A stretch of DNA of 61,412 nt, the filler included, from Choristocarpus tenellus KU-1152 (Eukaryota; Protista; Phaeophyceae), in NCBI GenBank assembly GCA_964200185.2. It is 7 parts of 7 records of this genome, joined end to end, with 100 filler letters (N's around TTAATTAATTAA, not from the genome) between each part and the next. Parts side by side here need not be neighbours in the genome. Positions count along the whole stretch, not along the records: positions 24,322 to 41,968 come from CAXNAD020000640.1; positions 42,069 to 46,609 come from CAXNAD020014086.1; positions 46,710 to 51,234 come from CAXNAD020014158.1; 4 more parts are not named here. One strand, written 5' to 3'. Position numbers and translations under genes: made by a program. Below are positions 39,931-51,334 of this stretch, one piece after another (position 1 is the first letter of the stretch; every line of letters begins with the position of its first letter). Under the pieces are notes generated by a model, which was not told the origin of the DNA, did no database searches, and was given only the letters and a program-made list of their open reading frames with translations.

Positions 39931-40569
39931 GTGGTCATAGCCCAATGGGCACTCAATAGTGACAACAGGGGTTTAAACCAAAAGCTAGAAGCCGACATGA
40001 AGCAGCTGGAGTTGGAGGTTGCTGCGAGGGACAATACCCTTTGCAGCAAACGCTGAAAAACATGCCCCAGAGCTGGCAGCAGCTAAGGCCAGTGGAGAGC
40101 CCTTGCCTTGGCAACTGCAAAACATTCTGCAGATGTGGAAGAGGCACGCAGTCAAGGACAAGAAAAGCTCAAGGAGTGCATTGAGTGGGCAGAATTAAAA
40201 TTGTCAGAAAAGAAGCAAGTAGCTTCTCAACAGCATGCTGCAGAGATTGCAGCTTTGGTGACACGTAGAGAGGCCACCCTTGCTTCAGCTCGTTCTTGGC
40301 ATGCTACTGGAGTAAAGGCAATAGCGGCTGCGGGGGAGCTGAAGACTCAAGAGCTTGTCGCCGAAACGGAGAGGAAGGCGACAGAAGAAGCCACAAGAGC
40401 CCCCACTTCCTTGGATAAAGCCATGGCAGCGCTGAGTGCGTCAAGGGAGGAAACTAACGCCATGGCAGTGGCTCTGAGGAAGGTGGATGAGCAGGCCCAG
40501 AAGCAGAAGGTGGCCATGGAAGCCTTGCTGCTGAGGAGCCAGGCAAGGGAAGAGGCTGCAGTAGTATAG
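39931..40569 (+). pseudogene. Degenerate Ala/Glu/Lys-rich coiled-coil exon (left arm of inverted pair)
   Basis: Candidate CAG acceptor ending at 39930, frameshifted heptad-like reading, ORF 40108-40569. Homologous to the minus-strand ORF 41032-40673. Confidence 0.55.
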
Positions 40570-41141
40570 TGCAAGTAGCGCAACTGCTTTCGTGAGTCAG
40601 CATCAGTTTGGTTGCTCGAGTACGTCGCAAGGCTTGGTGTGCCGGCTCACGAAAGCAGTTGCCCTACTTGTGCTATACACTTACCGCAGCCTGTTCCCTT
40701 GCCTGAGTCCTCATCAGCAAGGCTTCCATGGCCACCTTCTGCATCTCGGCCTTATCCAAGGCCGCGGAGGTCCTGCTGACGTTTTCTGTCGCCTTCCTCT
40801 CCGATTCGGCAACACGCTCTTGAGCCTTCAGCTCCCCCGCAGCCACTGCTGCTTCTACTTGAGCAGCATGCCTGGAATGAGCCGAGGTAAGGGTAGCCTC
40901 TCCACGGGCCACCAAAGCTGCAATCTCTGCTGCGGGTCGAGAAGCTACTTGCTTCTCTTCTGCCAATTTGGATTTCGCCCACTCCATGCACTCCCTGAGC
41001 TTCTCATCTCCTCTAGTGCGTGCCTCCTCCACATCCGCAGCATTTTTTGTAGCTGCTAAGGCAAGGGCTCTCTCTCCATCAGCCTTAGCTGCTGCCAGCT
41101 CTGCAGCATGTTTTTCGGCGTTTGCTGCAAGTGTGTTGTCC
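40029..41141. repeat. Long diverged inverted repeat (arms ~40029-40602 and ~40640-41141, short central spacer)
   Basis: The arms encode alignable peptides (EEARSQGQEKLKECIEWAELKLSEKKQVAS vs EEARTRGDEKLRECMEWAKSKLAEEKQVAS). Non-coding tails also match (CAAGTAGCGCAACTGCTTTCGTGAG vs the reverse complement of CTCACGAAAGCAGTTGCCCTACTTG). Confidence 0.9.
40673..41141 (-). pseudogene. Coiled-coil exon fragment (right arm), truncated next to MITE copy 2
   Basis: ORF 41032-40673 ends REQAA followed by GTAAGT, a consensus donor. It lacks a ~25-codon segment present in the left arm. Confidence 0.55.
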
Positions 41142-41145
41142 TAAC

Positions 41146-41365
41146 GACTGAAAGCATCTTAGTGGGTACGAGTTTTGCACTGTTTGTCAATTTCGGGCTT
41201 GGCTTCCCACGGGTTTTTTATGGCATTTTACCTACTCCAAAATGTTTCAGAACAAGGATATTGAGATTTCCCAACAAACGTGATAGCCAAAATTAAATCA
41301 AAATCGCAACATTGGATTTTGGCCCCCAAAAGGACGCAGCTCTACCCTCTAAGATACTTTGACTC
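41146..41365 (+). mobile_element. MITE copy 2 (220 bp, internal deletion, no intact TSD)
   Basis: GACTGAAAGCATCTTAGTGGGTA...TACCCTCTAAGATACTTTGACTC; shares GGGCTTGGCTTCCCA and GAACAAGGATATTGA with the other copies. Confidence 0.88.
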
Positions 41366-41968
41366 AAGTGCTCAGCAGTGAGGAATTATGCCCAGGTTCT
41401 AAGAGATTTTACACCAATATATAGCCGAGATAATGACGGTAAGCTGGTTGTTGCAGGTGATACTGATAAGCAGATAGTTGTAGGGCGTGTTGAGGCAGTC
41501 GATGAAATTGAAGGTGAGCTTCAAATTCGTTTTGGTGATGGAACAGTTATTTCTGAAGATTTAGTCCTAAGTACTCGTAAATAATTTACTGCTATAGATC
41601 TCCTAAAAAACGTCATCGTAAGCGTTCTTCACAGTTCAAATACCAAGAATTTGCTCATCTCTAATATTTTTGAAACAGGAAATATGTACTTGGAGTGTAT
41701 AGATCTGACGTACGTGAAGATGTTTTTTTGTTGTTGTTGTGTGGAAAGCACAAGTTTTGGGGAAATGTTCTGTAAAGGAGTTAGTTGCTGGAGGCAAGGA
41801 AGAACAATGATACAGAATGTCACAATTTCTGCTCCAAGAATTTGTATATGAGCCAGATTCAGTGCTAGATACGGGTACAAACGTAAATTATGAACAATGT
41901 ATTGATGTCAACTATTGGATTGTTATTGGAGCAACACATTGCAAACAGGACATTAGAACGTAATGAGC

Positions 41969-42068
41969 NNNNNNNNNNNNNNNNNNNNNNNNNNNNNNNN
42001 NNNNNNNNNNNNTTAATTAATTAANNNNNNNNNNNNNNNNNNNNNNNNNNNNNNNNNNNNNNNNNNNN
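41969..42068. other. Artificial contig linker
   Basis: N44-TTAATTAATTAA-N44. Confidence 0.98.
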
Positions 42069-45000
42069 CCCCTCCCTCCTCATCACCCTCCTCTTTCCTC
42101 TCCCCACTCAACTCCCCACCCTTGTCATATTTGTTCAACTTCTTCTGGCTCATATTGGGTCTGTAAAAGTAATCTGTCTCAAAGCCACTTTGTTTCAGCT
42201 CAACAAACTCAACCAGTGGCAGGAGCATCGTGAGAAGATGGTCTAGCCATGGCTCTCGATCCCCCTCCCTCCACTCCCTCTCACTCCCAACCTTCCCTCG
42301 GAGTGCAATGCCCCCTACGTCCTCCCTAAAAGATATTTGCTGCAACTCTTCATATTCCAAGGGTCCTTGCCGGAACAAGATCTACCATGTGTACAAGTCA
42401 CATATTTTCATTCATTCGGTGGGGGGTGGGGGTGGGGGTGGGGGTGGGGTTGTCATATGAAAGGGAACACAGGCAATTTGTTTACGGGGAATGTTAAGGT
42501 TCACAACAACAACAACAACAACAACAACAATAACAACAACAATAATAATAATAATGACAACAAACATTTAAGAGTTTCAGCACATCTCCTCTTTCATTTC
42601 TGATTTCGAAACCAATTCATATTTCGTTTCTATTTTATTTCACAACAAGGAAAAATAAAAAAGAAGAAAAGATACATGTGGCGAGGGTCCTCCACCATCA
42701 CTCTACTCTATTACTCTAACCATATCGATAGAATGGAGTGGAATCGTCCATATGTGAACATTTAATAGCCAATTCGTGTAAAAAAATACAAATAAATAAA
42801 TAAATAATATATTATTCTTTCCCACCATCCATTCTCATGGCAAGGGGTGGGGGGTGGGGGGTGGCGGTGGTGAGGTATGAAATTTCATCAGTAAATTATC
42901 CATAACAATTCAAATAAAATAAAAATATTTTCTTGGAGCAACTCTTTACTTCATCCACTTTCCCAGTCGGACACATCAAAATATAAAAACAAACCAATCC
43001 ACCCTGTAACCAAACAAACAGAGCAGGCTTCAAATTGCTGAGCATTTATTTTATTTATTTTTTCCATCTATACTCACCGACCAGCCCCCTCGGGGAGACA
43101 CAAAAAACCTCATTAACACAACGCCTCCTTACAATAAAAAAGGATGTAAAAAAAAACAAATCCCTTTCCTTCCACTCATCAACATCACAGCAAACCGCTA
43201 AATAATAATAACAAATACATATATATATATATACATATATACATATATATATATATACCCTTTCAGAGTTTAAGGTCAAGGCTTGCTAGCAGTGTAGTCA
43301 AGGGTCACTAAAACAGTCCAACATACAAACCTAACGCATTTAACTATTCAACCACAACTATCTGCACCAATCCCAGAAGGCACTTTGTAAAAATAATAAC
43401 AATAATAATAACAATAACAATAATAATAATAATAATTTAAAATCTCACCTCCCACCGCTCCTGTGTAACCTCCGGCCCTCTCAATACCACGAAAGGTACA
43501 ACCTTCACCCCATCCTCGTTCAACCCAGGCAGCCCCTTCGTAGGCCCGTCCCAGCCCTTCCCCCCCCCCCCCCCCCCCTCGAAGTCCTCCTCTATTCCCC
43601 TAAGTTCAGTTTCTTGCGCCTCTTCCAGCTCACAAGCGTAACGCCTTTGCTTCAACTGAACACCCCCCAGCACTGTCTTCCCATCACTGCTCTCTTCCTC
43701 GGGGAGCATCTCCACCTGGAAAAAGAAATTTTAAATTTTAAACTTAAACTATAAAATATAAAAAACAACCCTTCGTAGCAGGAGACGTAATAACAATTTG
43801 ATTTCTTCAGGAAGGGTTGAGCAGGGGCGGCAGTGGGGGGGGGGTTGAACTACACAGGATCTCTATACCAAACCCAAAGCTTCCCTGTTCCAAACAAACA
43901 ACTGAACAAAAAATAGTTGTGTGTACAACTGTGCTAAAACTCAAAACCCAGGTCCTCTTGTAGTGCTACTATTTGTCCGGGTCAATTTGTCTCTTTTAGT
44001 GCTATCATTCTAAAAACAAGTGATTGTATATATATATTTTTTCCCATTTGATTGGTTGGTTGGTTTCGTAACCGTTCCAAGTAACCCTAACCCTAGCCCT
44101 AACCCTAACCCTAACAAATTTTGAGAGGCGTCATTATGAACCTTGTTGAGACCACTGCCTTCCACCCAAGAGATCACAGCATGCTGGACCACGTGCTTAT
44201 GATATCTGTTACAGAGAGAGTCCTTCCTTTGCTTGGTAGGGGATTCAAGCCACAGATAGGCAAGGGCCGTTATGAGTCAAACCTGTGTTACAAGTAGCTG
44301 TGCTTGCCAAATAAATCAATTGACAGCAGAGTGGTCCTAATCAAACCATTTACCAGTACATGGGGAATACAACAATTGCTAATATTAATAATAATAAAAA
44401 TAGTAATAACAAATACGTCTCGCATCGTCATCTACTCACCAAGTGCAAAAACTTCAAATCAACAAAAATAATAATAATAATAATAATAATAACAACAATG
44501 ATAATAACATTAAACAAACCCTCTAGCTTCATAGGTTCTCAGACATCAAACCTGTGTGCCTACACAGCTGCTCCAACTGCTCCAACTGGAGCTAATAGAA
44601 ATAATAAAATATTAATATTAATAAAAATAAGTGGGACATTAATATTAATATTCAGTTTGTTCAATCTGCGTACTGCAATGTCTTCAACAGATTGCCCAAT
44701 GCCCCTCAAATCCCCCCACCCCCCACCCCTGCCTCCATCATGATCATAGTAGGGAGACCAAGTGCAGTCAACAAACCAACGAAAACATTCAAATCCAACC
44801 AATGGAAAAACATGAAGCAAGCAAAGTGACTCATCCAAAACACAATACCTTTTTTAGTCTATTCACCTCCTTCGTTGTCCACTATACCTTCTCCTCAACA
44901 ACATAATCACAAACACACCAACCCATCCATACCTTCTCACTCTCTCTCCCCCCCCCTCTCTCTCTATTTACATACACATACTCCTCTTTCTTTCTAAATA

Positions 45001-45246
45001 CACATATACAGATAGACACATTCCTTTTATTTTCTATCTACACATCCATATATTCTCCCCCTCTTCAAAACTTACTCTGATTGAAGTTATCCCCAGCTGC
45101 CTTGAGGCGGTATGAAGATGAGTCAGTTTGAAAAGACGCTGGACCGGAAGAGGCATACCTCCCCACTCCTGCACCCAGTCCTTGGCAATATCACACAGCT
45201 CCTGAAAACTATTACATACTCGAAGCTTCTCCTTCCATCTCATCCT
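42069..45246 (-). CDS. 3' exons of an Mfd/TRCF-like (transcription-repair coupling factor) gene, partial
   Basis: Phase-0 exons 45246-45076, 43715-43449, 42381-<42069. The first exon, RMRWKEKLRVCNSFQELCDIAKDWVQEWGGMPLPVQRLFKLTHLHTASRQLGITSIR, fits the TRCF C-terminal domain pattern (R..Y.rL..a.s..EL..i..e..dr.G.lP..v..L.......a..lGI..I). Identity rests on this one domain. Confidence 0.65.
42503..42564. repeat. (AAC)n/(AAT)n microsatellite
   Basis: Direct reading of the sequence. Confidence 0.9.
44083..44115. repeat. Interstitial telomere-like (CCCTAA)n tract
   Basis: AACCCTAACCCTAGCCCTAACCCTAACCCTAAC; shorter tracts at ~3855, ~21580, ~31843, ~45661 and ~46250. Confidence 0.75.
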
Positions 45247-45275
45247 CTGAAATGCACCAAAAAAAAACCCAGATG

Positions 45276-45445
45276 AATAAAGGAGTTGGTAGAGTGACAG
45301 GGGTGGCGGTAATCACTTTACCAAATACGACTTCGATCTCTCACCGGTAATACATACATAAATAAAGGAGTTGGTAGAGTGACGGGGGTGGCGGTAATCA
45401 CCTGACTAAATGCAGTTTCAATCCCTCACCTGTAATAATGCATAA
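45276..45445. repeat. Tandem duplication, 85-bp unit x2
   Basis: AATAAAGGAGTTGGTAGAGTGAC(A/G)GGGGTGGCGGTAATCAC starts at 45276 and 45361. Confidence 0.85.
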
Positions 45446-45776
45446 ATACATGTATATATATATATATATTGATAGTAACACAACAACAGTAGAAGAAACA
45501 ATTACGAGTGGTACATGGCAGTAACAATTACTTACAGTGATGGTGGTAAATATCATACCAACTGAATATCATACCACTCTGCCAACTGACAACTTCATAG
45601 TCAACAGAAATCAGAATACTTCTTGACTAGTCAGCAGTCCTACCAAGAGCCAGTCAGAGAGTTAGGATTAGGGTTAGCATTAGATTACTTCATCCTGAGA
45701 CTCTCAGGGGGGGGTGCAGCTATCTCAAGGGTGAGGTTTCACAGAAAAAATAATACGAATATCCAAAGTGTGTATA

Positions 45777-45888
45777 CCATTAATATATGTGTATATACTA
45801 TGTACCATTAATATATGTGAATATACTATGTATCATTAACATATGTGTGTATACTATGTACCATTAATATATGTGCCTATACTATGTG
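45777..45888. repeat. Minisatellite, 28-bp unit x4
   Basis: CCATTAATATATGTGTATATACTATGTA repeated with minor variants. Confidence 0.85.
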
Positions 45889-46609
45889 TGGATGAACCGT
45901 CTTGGTTGTGGACTATTTGAAAGAGGAAAGGCTCTAGTTTCAGGTACACATTACAGTACTATTTATATTCTACATTAGAAGCCTTTTGGAACCAAAATAA
46001 AAATAATAATTCAACTATTTCTATTCCTAACCATTGTTGCGGACTTAGTGGAATCAATAAACAGGTCAGATATTCAAACATTACTCAAATAAAAAAATAA
46101 TAGAACAAAAAAATAAAATAAAATCATGGGACACACACACACCAGAAGAGAAATGTGTTCTACTCATCACCAGGGTGGTGTTTTTTATAATAAAGTGGTC
46201 TTGTTTGAACCATGTCATTCTTGCTCACCCAACCAACTACGGCAGACCTCTAACCCTAACCCTAACCTCAACTACACAATAGTAGTATTTTTTATTTTCA
46301 ACCCTAACCTCAACTACTGTAAGTATTTTTTATTTTCATATACTATGTGCTATTACAGTACATGGATGGGATAATTTTGTATGAAAAATATGTATCAACA
46401 TCTTCGACATATTAACAGCAATTATTAGTAAGTAGATGTGAACCTTCAAGGGTTAGGGGAGTATCTATTGCACAGGTTTGAACACTTCTTATCAAAACAC
46501 GATAACAACCACCCCGCCAAAAACATTAAAAATATATATATTGCAGGACCCCCCCCCCAACAATCTGTATAATTTGTGGAAACAGCTCTTGAAACTCTAC
46601 CATTAACAC

Positions 46610-46709
46610 NNNNNNNNNNNNNNNNNNNNNNNNNNNNNNNNNNNNNNNNNNNNTTAATTAATTAANNNNNNNNNNNNNNNNNNNNNNNNNNNNNNNNNNN
46701 NNNNNNNNN
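46610..46709. other. Artificial contig linker
   Basis: N44-TTAATTAATTAA-N44. Confidence 0.98.
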
Positions 46710-47785
46710 CCCCCCCCCCCCTCCCAGATACTTTGGGTCAGATACCATAGGAGGAATACTAGGGACTGGGCCAATACTTGACTATGTGGTTCTTGTAGGG
46801 TATGCATTACTATGCTCTGATGATATGGGCATTATCTCCAAGACCCAAGGTATTTTGGCCAGGATGATGACAGTGATTGTGAAGGTTGTCAGATCAGTGT
46901 ATTAAAAAAAAATGTACAAATTTATAGTGGTACTATAGATTAAATTATGCAAAATATTATGTTTAGATAACGTGAATGAAAACAAGAACAGAGAGGTCAG
47001 CATCAACAAAGGATCGATCAAAAGACCAGAATCAAACAACCATGGAAGCAGGCGTCAATGGTATGGGCCTGATGAAGGCAAAGAATGTAGAGTAACAAAC
47101 AAAATGAACTTACTATCACGTTGAGCTTGAGAGCAAGAGCAGGAAGGGGCTTTGCCAGCCATACAACATGAATGTTTGCAAACAACGGCTTTGCATGCAT
47201 GCATGTTGATTTAACACAGGTCACTACATTTGTCTATTTGCTTGACTAGCGATGTGCAGCATTCAATAATGTATGTATATATACATATACATATATACCC
47301 CTGGACATGGCATACACTGTGCCCATACCGTGGGTCCCACTACCAATCCCAGCACAAGGAAGAATGACTGGAGTACTATTTGTCAAAGAGGGGGTTAGGT
47401 CAAGGATCAACAATCAATGGATTTTTGTGACTACATAAAGTTTCAAGGGCCTCTCTGACGCACAAACAATATGCAACACATCAACACTCATAATGCAGAA
47501 ATAGCAAGTGCCTCCTTGACCTCAAAGAGGGGTACGCGAACAACAAAGTGTGTGTGGGCAGCGATTCAAGATTATGTAATAAAATACTTGTATTGCTGGA
47601 AAAACAGAGCATGAGCATAGTCATGCTCAAGCAACAGGCAGTATATATGTGTATCAAAATCGCAAGACAAGCTCATCACCTATCACCCTACTGTTGCAGT
47701 TTTGCATTGCGCAACAATGTATGACGCTTTTCTCTTGACAATGTGCTAATGATGAACACTGTTGCTCCCCTTCCTTGCTGGTCAA

Positions 47786-50093
47786 TTAAGGGGTGCATCT
47801 CTTCGGGTCCCTTGGGAACATTGATGCCTTCCTGATGTTCTTGAGACCAAGGAAAAGCATGACCACCCTCTCCAACCCAATGCCGCCACCACCTTTGTGT
47901 GAGAAATTGGAAGGGCGCAACAGCCGACATATATACAGACAGAAAAACGAAAAAATTGGAAGGACATTCAATCAGGGAATTATAGAGAACAAGTAGGGAC
48001 GAGTACTGAAATTGAATCTAGGGCTGTTAATGATAGGGATGAGAGCTGTGACGTAAGCCCTCAAGCTTTGCATTAAACAGTATCGAAATCCTCAATTGGA
48101 CAAGATAACTGTATACACAACTCTGTTCTGCGATCAAATATAAGCTTTCCCAAAAGTATACCAACAATATGACCCCTTCACAGGGCAGTGGGCAGAAACA
48201 AGGCTCCATCCAGGCCACACTCCTTATCCTACCTTTCCACCCATTCACAACATGCCAACATCGTAGGAACTGTCAAACCTGTGTACTTGTGCTGTGTCGT
48301 GACACATTGAGCTCCACACAACAGCAATATTCAATTCAAGTACCAGATACCAGGCATACACAACTACTCACGATATTTCACACTTATATCAAAGGCAAAG
48401 AAACCAAAACCTATGGACTAACCAAAACCTATGGACTCCCTCGCTGCCCCACCTCGTTCCTGCCACGACATCCAAAGCCCACGGCAAGAACATAACATTG
48501 GTGAACCACAAACACAAATACAGCGCCTCTACTAATCCATCTGTGCTGGCCCCATTCGTGATACCCCCCCCCTCCCCACATCTTCAAACATAGATAGACA
48601 CCGCATTGACCACTCTCCATACACATCGTTGAAGTGACCCCTCCCATCTTGCAACATCGGAATTGCCACAGCACACACTTTCAGACCACAATTCCCCCAA
48701 CTTTCAAACTCTTTTGTCCAACAGAGCCAACACGCCTACCATGTGGCTCGGCGCCATGCTTAAACGCCTCCAAGTATGACGATATGCTCTCAAGAGGAAT
48801 GTCCCAGGCCTTTGCTCGTTCTATGAGAAGATTCACATCGTGTATACGCTGGGCGCCAGAGACTATCTCCTGTTCCGGTCACATCACAACACAGGACAGC
48901 ACACCACAGCAAGGGAGGGAGGGAAGGGGGAAAGTGTGTTTGTGCTCCAATTGACTGCCTCCTGTCACATGCAAACAGTGGAGCCTTCCGTAATAAACCA
49001 GCACGCTATCTTACAGTATTGTCTTCATGGAGAATGGCTGGTTCAGCCTTTATCTCTTTTTCTGACACCAAGCCTAAATTGATGATTGTCTGTCTGCAAA
49101 CTGTTTCTGGTGATGCCTTTACTGATATAAAAACTGATACATGATCCTGTGGTAAAAAAACCCAGGACATTTTGGTGCGTGACACTTTTACTCACTTTGC
49201 TTTGATAAATAAAAAAAAGAAACGGCCTTGCATACAATTTCCACACACACACACACACACACCAAATTTTGGACTGTTTCTGCTATCCACACCCCACCCA
49301 CCCCACCCTCACCTCTCCACGAATGAATACATCAAAGCTATTGCTCAGTTTGGGGTTCTCTGGGCAGGGCATGCTGTAGAATGGGCGCACAGTCAGGGGG
49401 TACTTGTCCATGAGGAAAAAGTCCGTCTCATACTTGTCAGCTACCAGTTTGCCAAGTGCCTTCTCATGTTCTGTGGACAGATCTTCATCGGGGTCCGCTG
49501 TGGCAGCGAGATCAGGGGGGGGGAATCAGGAGCACACTAGGGTTGCCACGGCTAGGGAGGTCACAATTTTTTTGATGGAGTTAGGCATATGACAAGTGAG
49601 GATAGGGTTGAGGTCATCAATGCCCAGAATGAGGTTTAGGGAGAGCATGGATAAGTTATAGAGTTATTCAGAGATGGCTAGAGGCATTACTGTTGTATGG
49701 ATACCATTGGGGTAGATGCTGAGAGTAAGGTTACAAATATTTTGGGGGGAAAGATAGTAGGCATCCCACAGGCCCACTGTGGCATACGGGCCACTTCATT
49801 CGTGTAAATTTGACCTTTGCAACAGTAATGGCTCTCTCACAAGTTAGTCATCTAACCTAAAACAAAAAGAGTGGATAACAAGGGAAAGGGCAACCTTTAC
49901 TGAGGATTACTCCTTAACTTATATGGTGTACAAGAATAGCTCTCAACAGGAATAACCCCCACCAACATCACAACACGACACGACATACACACACACACAC
50001 ACACACATTCCCAACTTCCTAGAGCCAAGAAATCGCTCTTATACTTCACTGAATCACTTGGAACAAGTACATCAGCTATGCCACGAAATAGAG

Positions 50094-50139
<46 letters not shown>

Positions 50140-50446
50140 NNNNNNNNNNCCCTTTATACTCACTCAAACAACTTAGCAAAAAAACCCCCACACTCCCCAA
50201 AAACAACGCCCCCCCCCCCCCCCCCCTCCCCCCTACAATCCCTGATATCCGCAACCCCTCACCATCAGTATAACCCGCATCATGCAGTAGCTGCATCCCC
50301 TCCTGATAGGTTAGCCGCAATGTTGGGCGCAGGTAGCGGAGGTCCTTGAAGGGGTGCTGTGTGCGAATTGCCTCCAGCTCCACCTTGCACCGGCTATTAA
50401 GTTGGTCAAAGATGTGTATGAACAGCTCCGATAACACATCCAGGAC
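47786..50446 (-). CDS. DARS1: Cytosolic aspartyl-tRNA synthetase, last four exons
   Basis: Phase-consistent exons 50446-50263, 49497-49313, 48869-48740, 47892-47786. Motifs: [48 protein letters not shown], class II motif 3 [34 protein letters not shown]. Confidence 0.95.
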
Positions 50447-50811
50447 CTGATCATTTATCATTGCGAAACAAACGCCTTTAGCGGTACAAACACTCTGCAA
50501 TGCCCAATCTAAACATCGAAACCCAGACCGCCACGTTGTTCTTGCTAACAAGGAAAAAGTTAAGTGTAATACACGAGCACTTTCATCTCCCTGCGAGGGA
50601 TAGCAATGCAGATTGTTTTGCAGAGTACAATGACAGCACAACTACAACCTCCAACCCACGGAGCCTCCATACCACCAACAGACACATCCTTGATCACCCC
50701 AACAGACACAGTCACCAACTGATTGCTCACACTTTACGTTCACAATGCGACAAAAAAAGGCAAACTAAGCAAACTCAGCATTCATTCCTCATGGCCAATA
50801 TGGGCACCGTC

Positions 50812-51080
50812 CTTCAATTGTGTGTATTTTGAAGCATTTCTTAAAACGTCCCTTACTTTTCAAGATAGAGGTTAGTATACACTATGTAGTATATATGCAC
50901 CTGCTTCAATTATGTGTATTTTGAAGCATTTCTTAAAACGCCCCTTACTTTTCAAGATAGAGGTTAGTATACACTACGTAGTATATATGCACCTGCTTCA
51001 ATTGTGTGTATTTTGAAGCATTTCTTAAAATGGCCCTTACTTCTCAAGACAGATAGTATACACTACATAGTGTATATATA
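50812..51080. repeat. Tandem repeat, 92-bp unit x~3
   Basis: CTTCAATT(G/A)TGTGTATTTTGAAGCATTTCTTAAAA starts at 50812, 50904 and 50996. Confidence 0.92.
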
Positions 51081-51234
51081 TACACACACACACACATGCA
51101 AAAGAGGAAGACCCAATCACATTTGCAGAAAAAAAGAAAAAAGGATATATCAAAACAAAACAAATAGGGATTAATTAGTTGGCACCACACTAACCCGAAC
51201 ATTCCAGCATAAAAATAGTCTACCCCCCCCCCCC

Positions 51235-51334
51235 NNNNNNNNNNNNNNNNNNNNNNNNNNNNNNNNNNNNNNNNNNNNTTAATTAATTAANNNNNNNNNN
51301 NNNNNNNNNNNNNNNNNNNNNNNNNNNNNNNNNN
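51235..51334. other. Artificial contig linker
   Basis: N44-TTAATTAATTAA-N44. Confidence 0.98.

Noticed and set aside
45777-51080. CRISPR-like arrays (28-bp and 92-bp periodic repeats)
   Set aside because: Head-to-tail tandem units without unique spacers; no cas genes.
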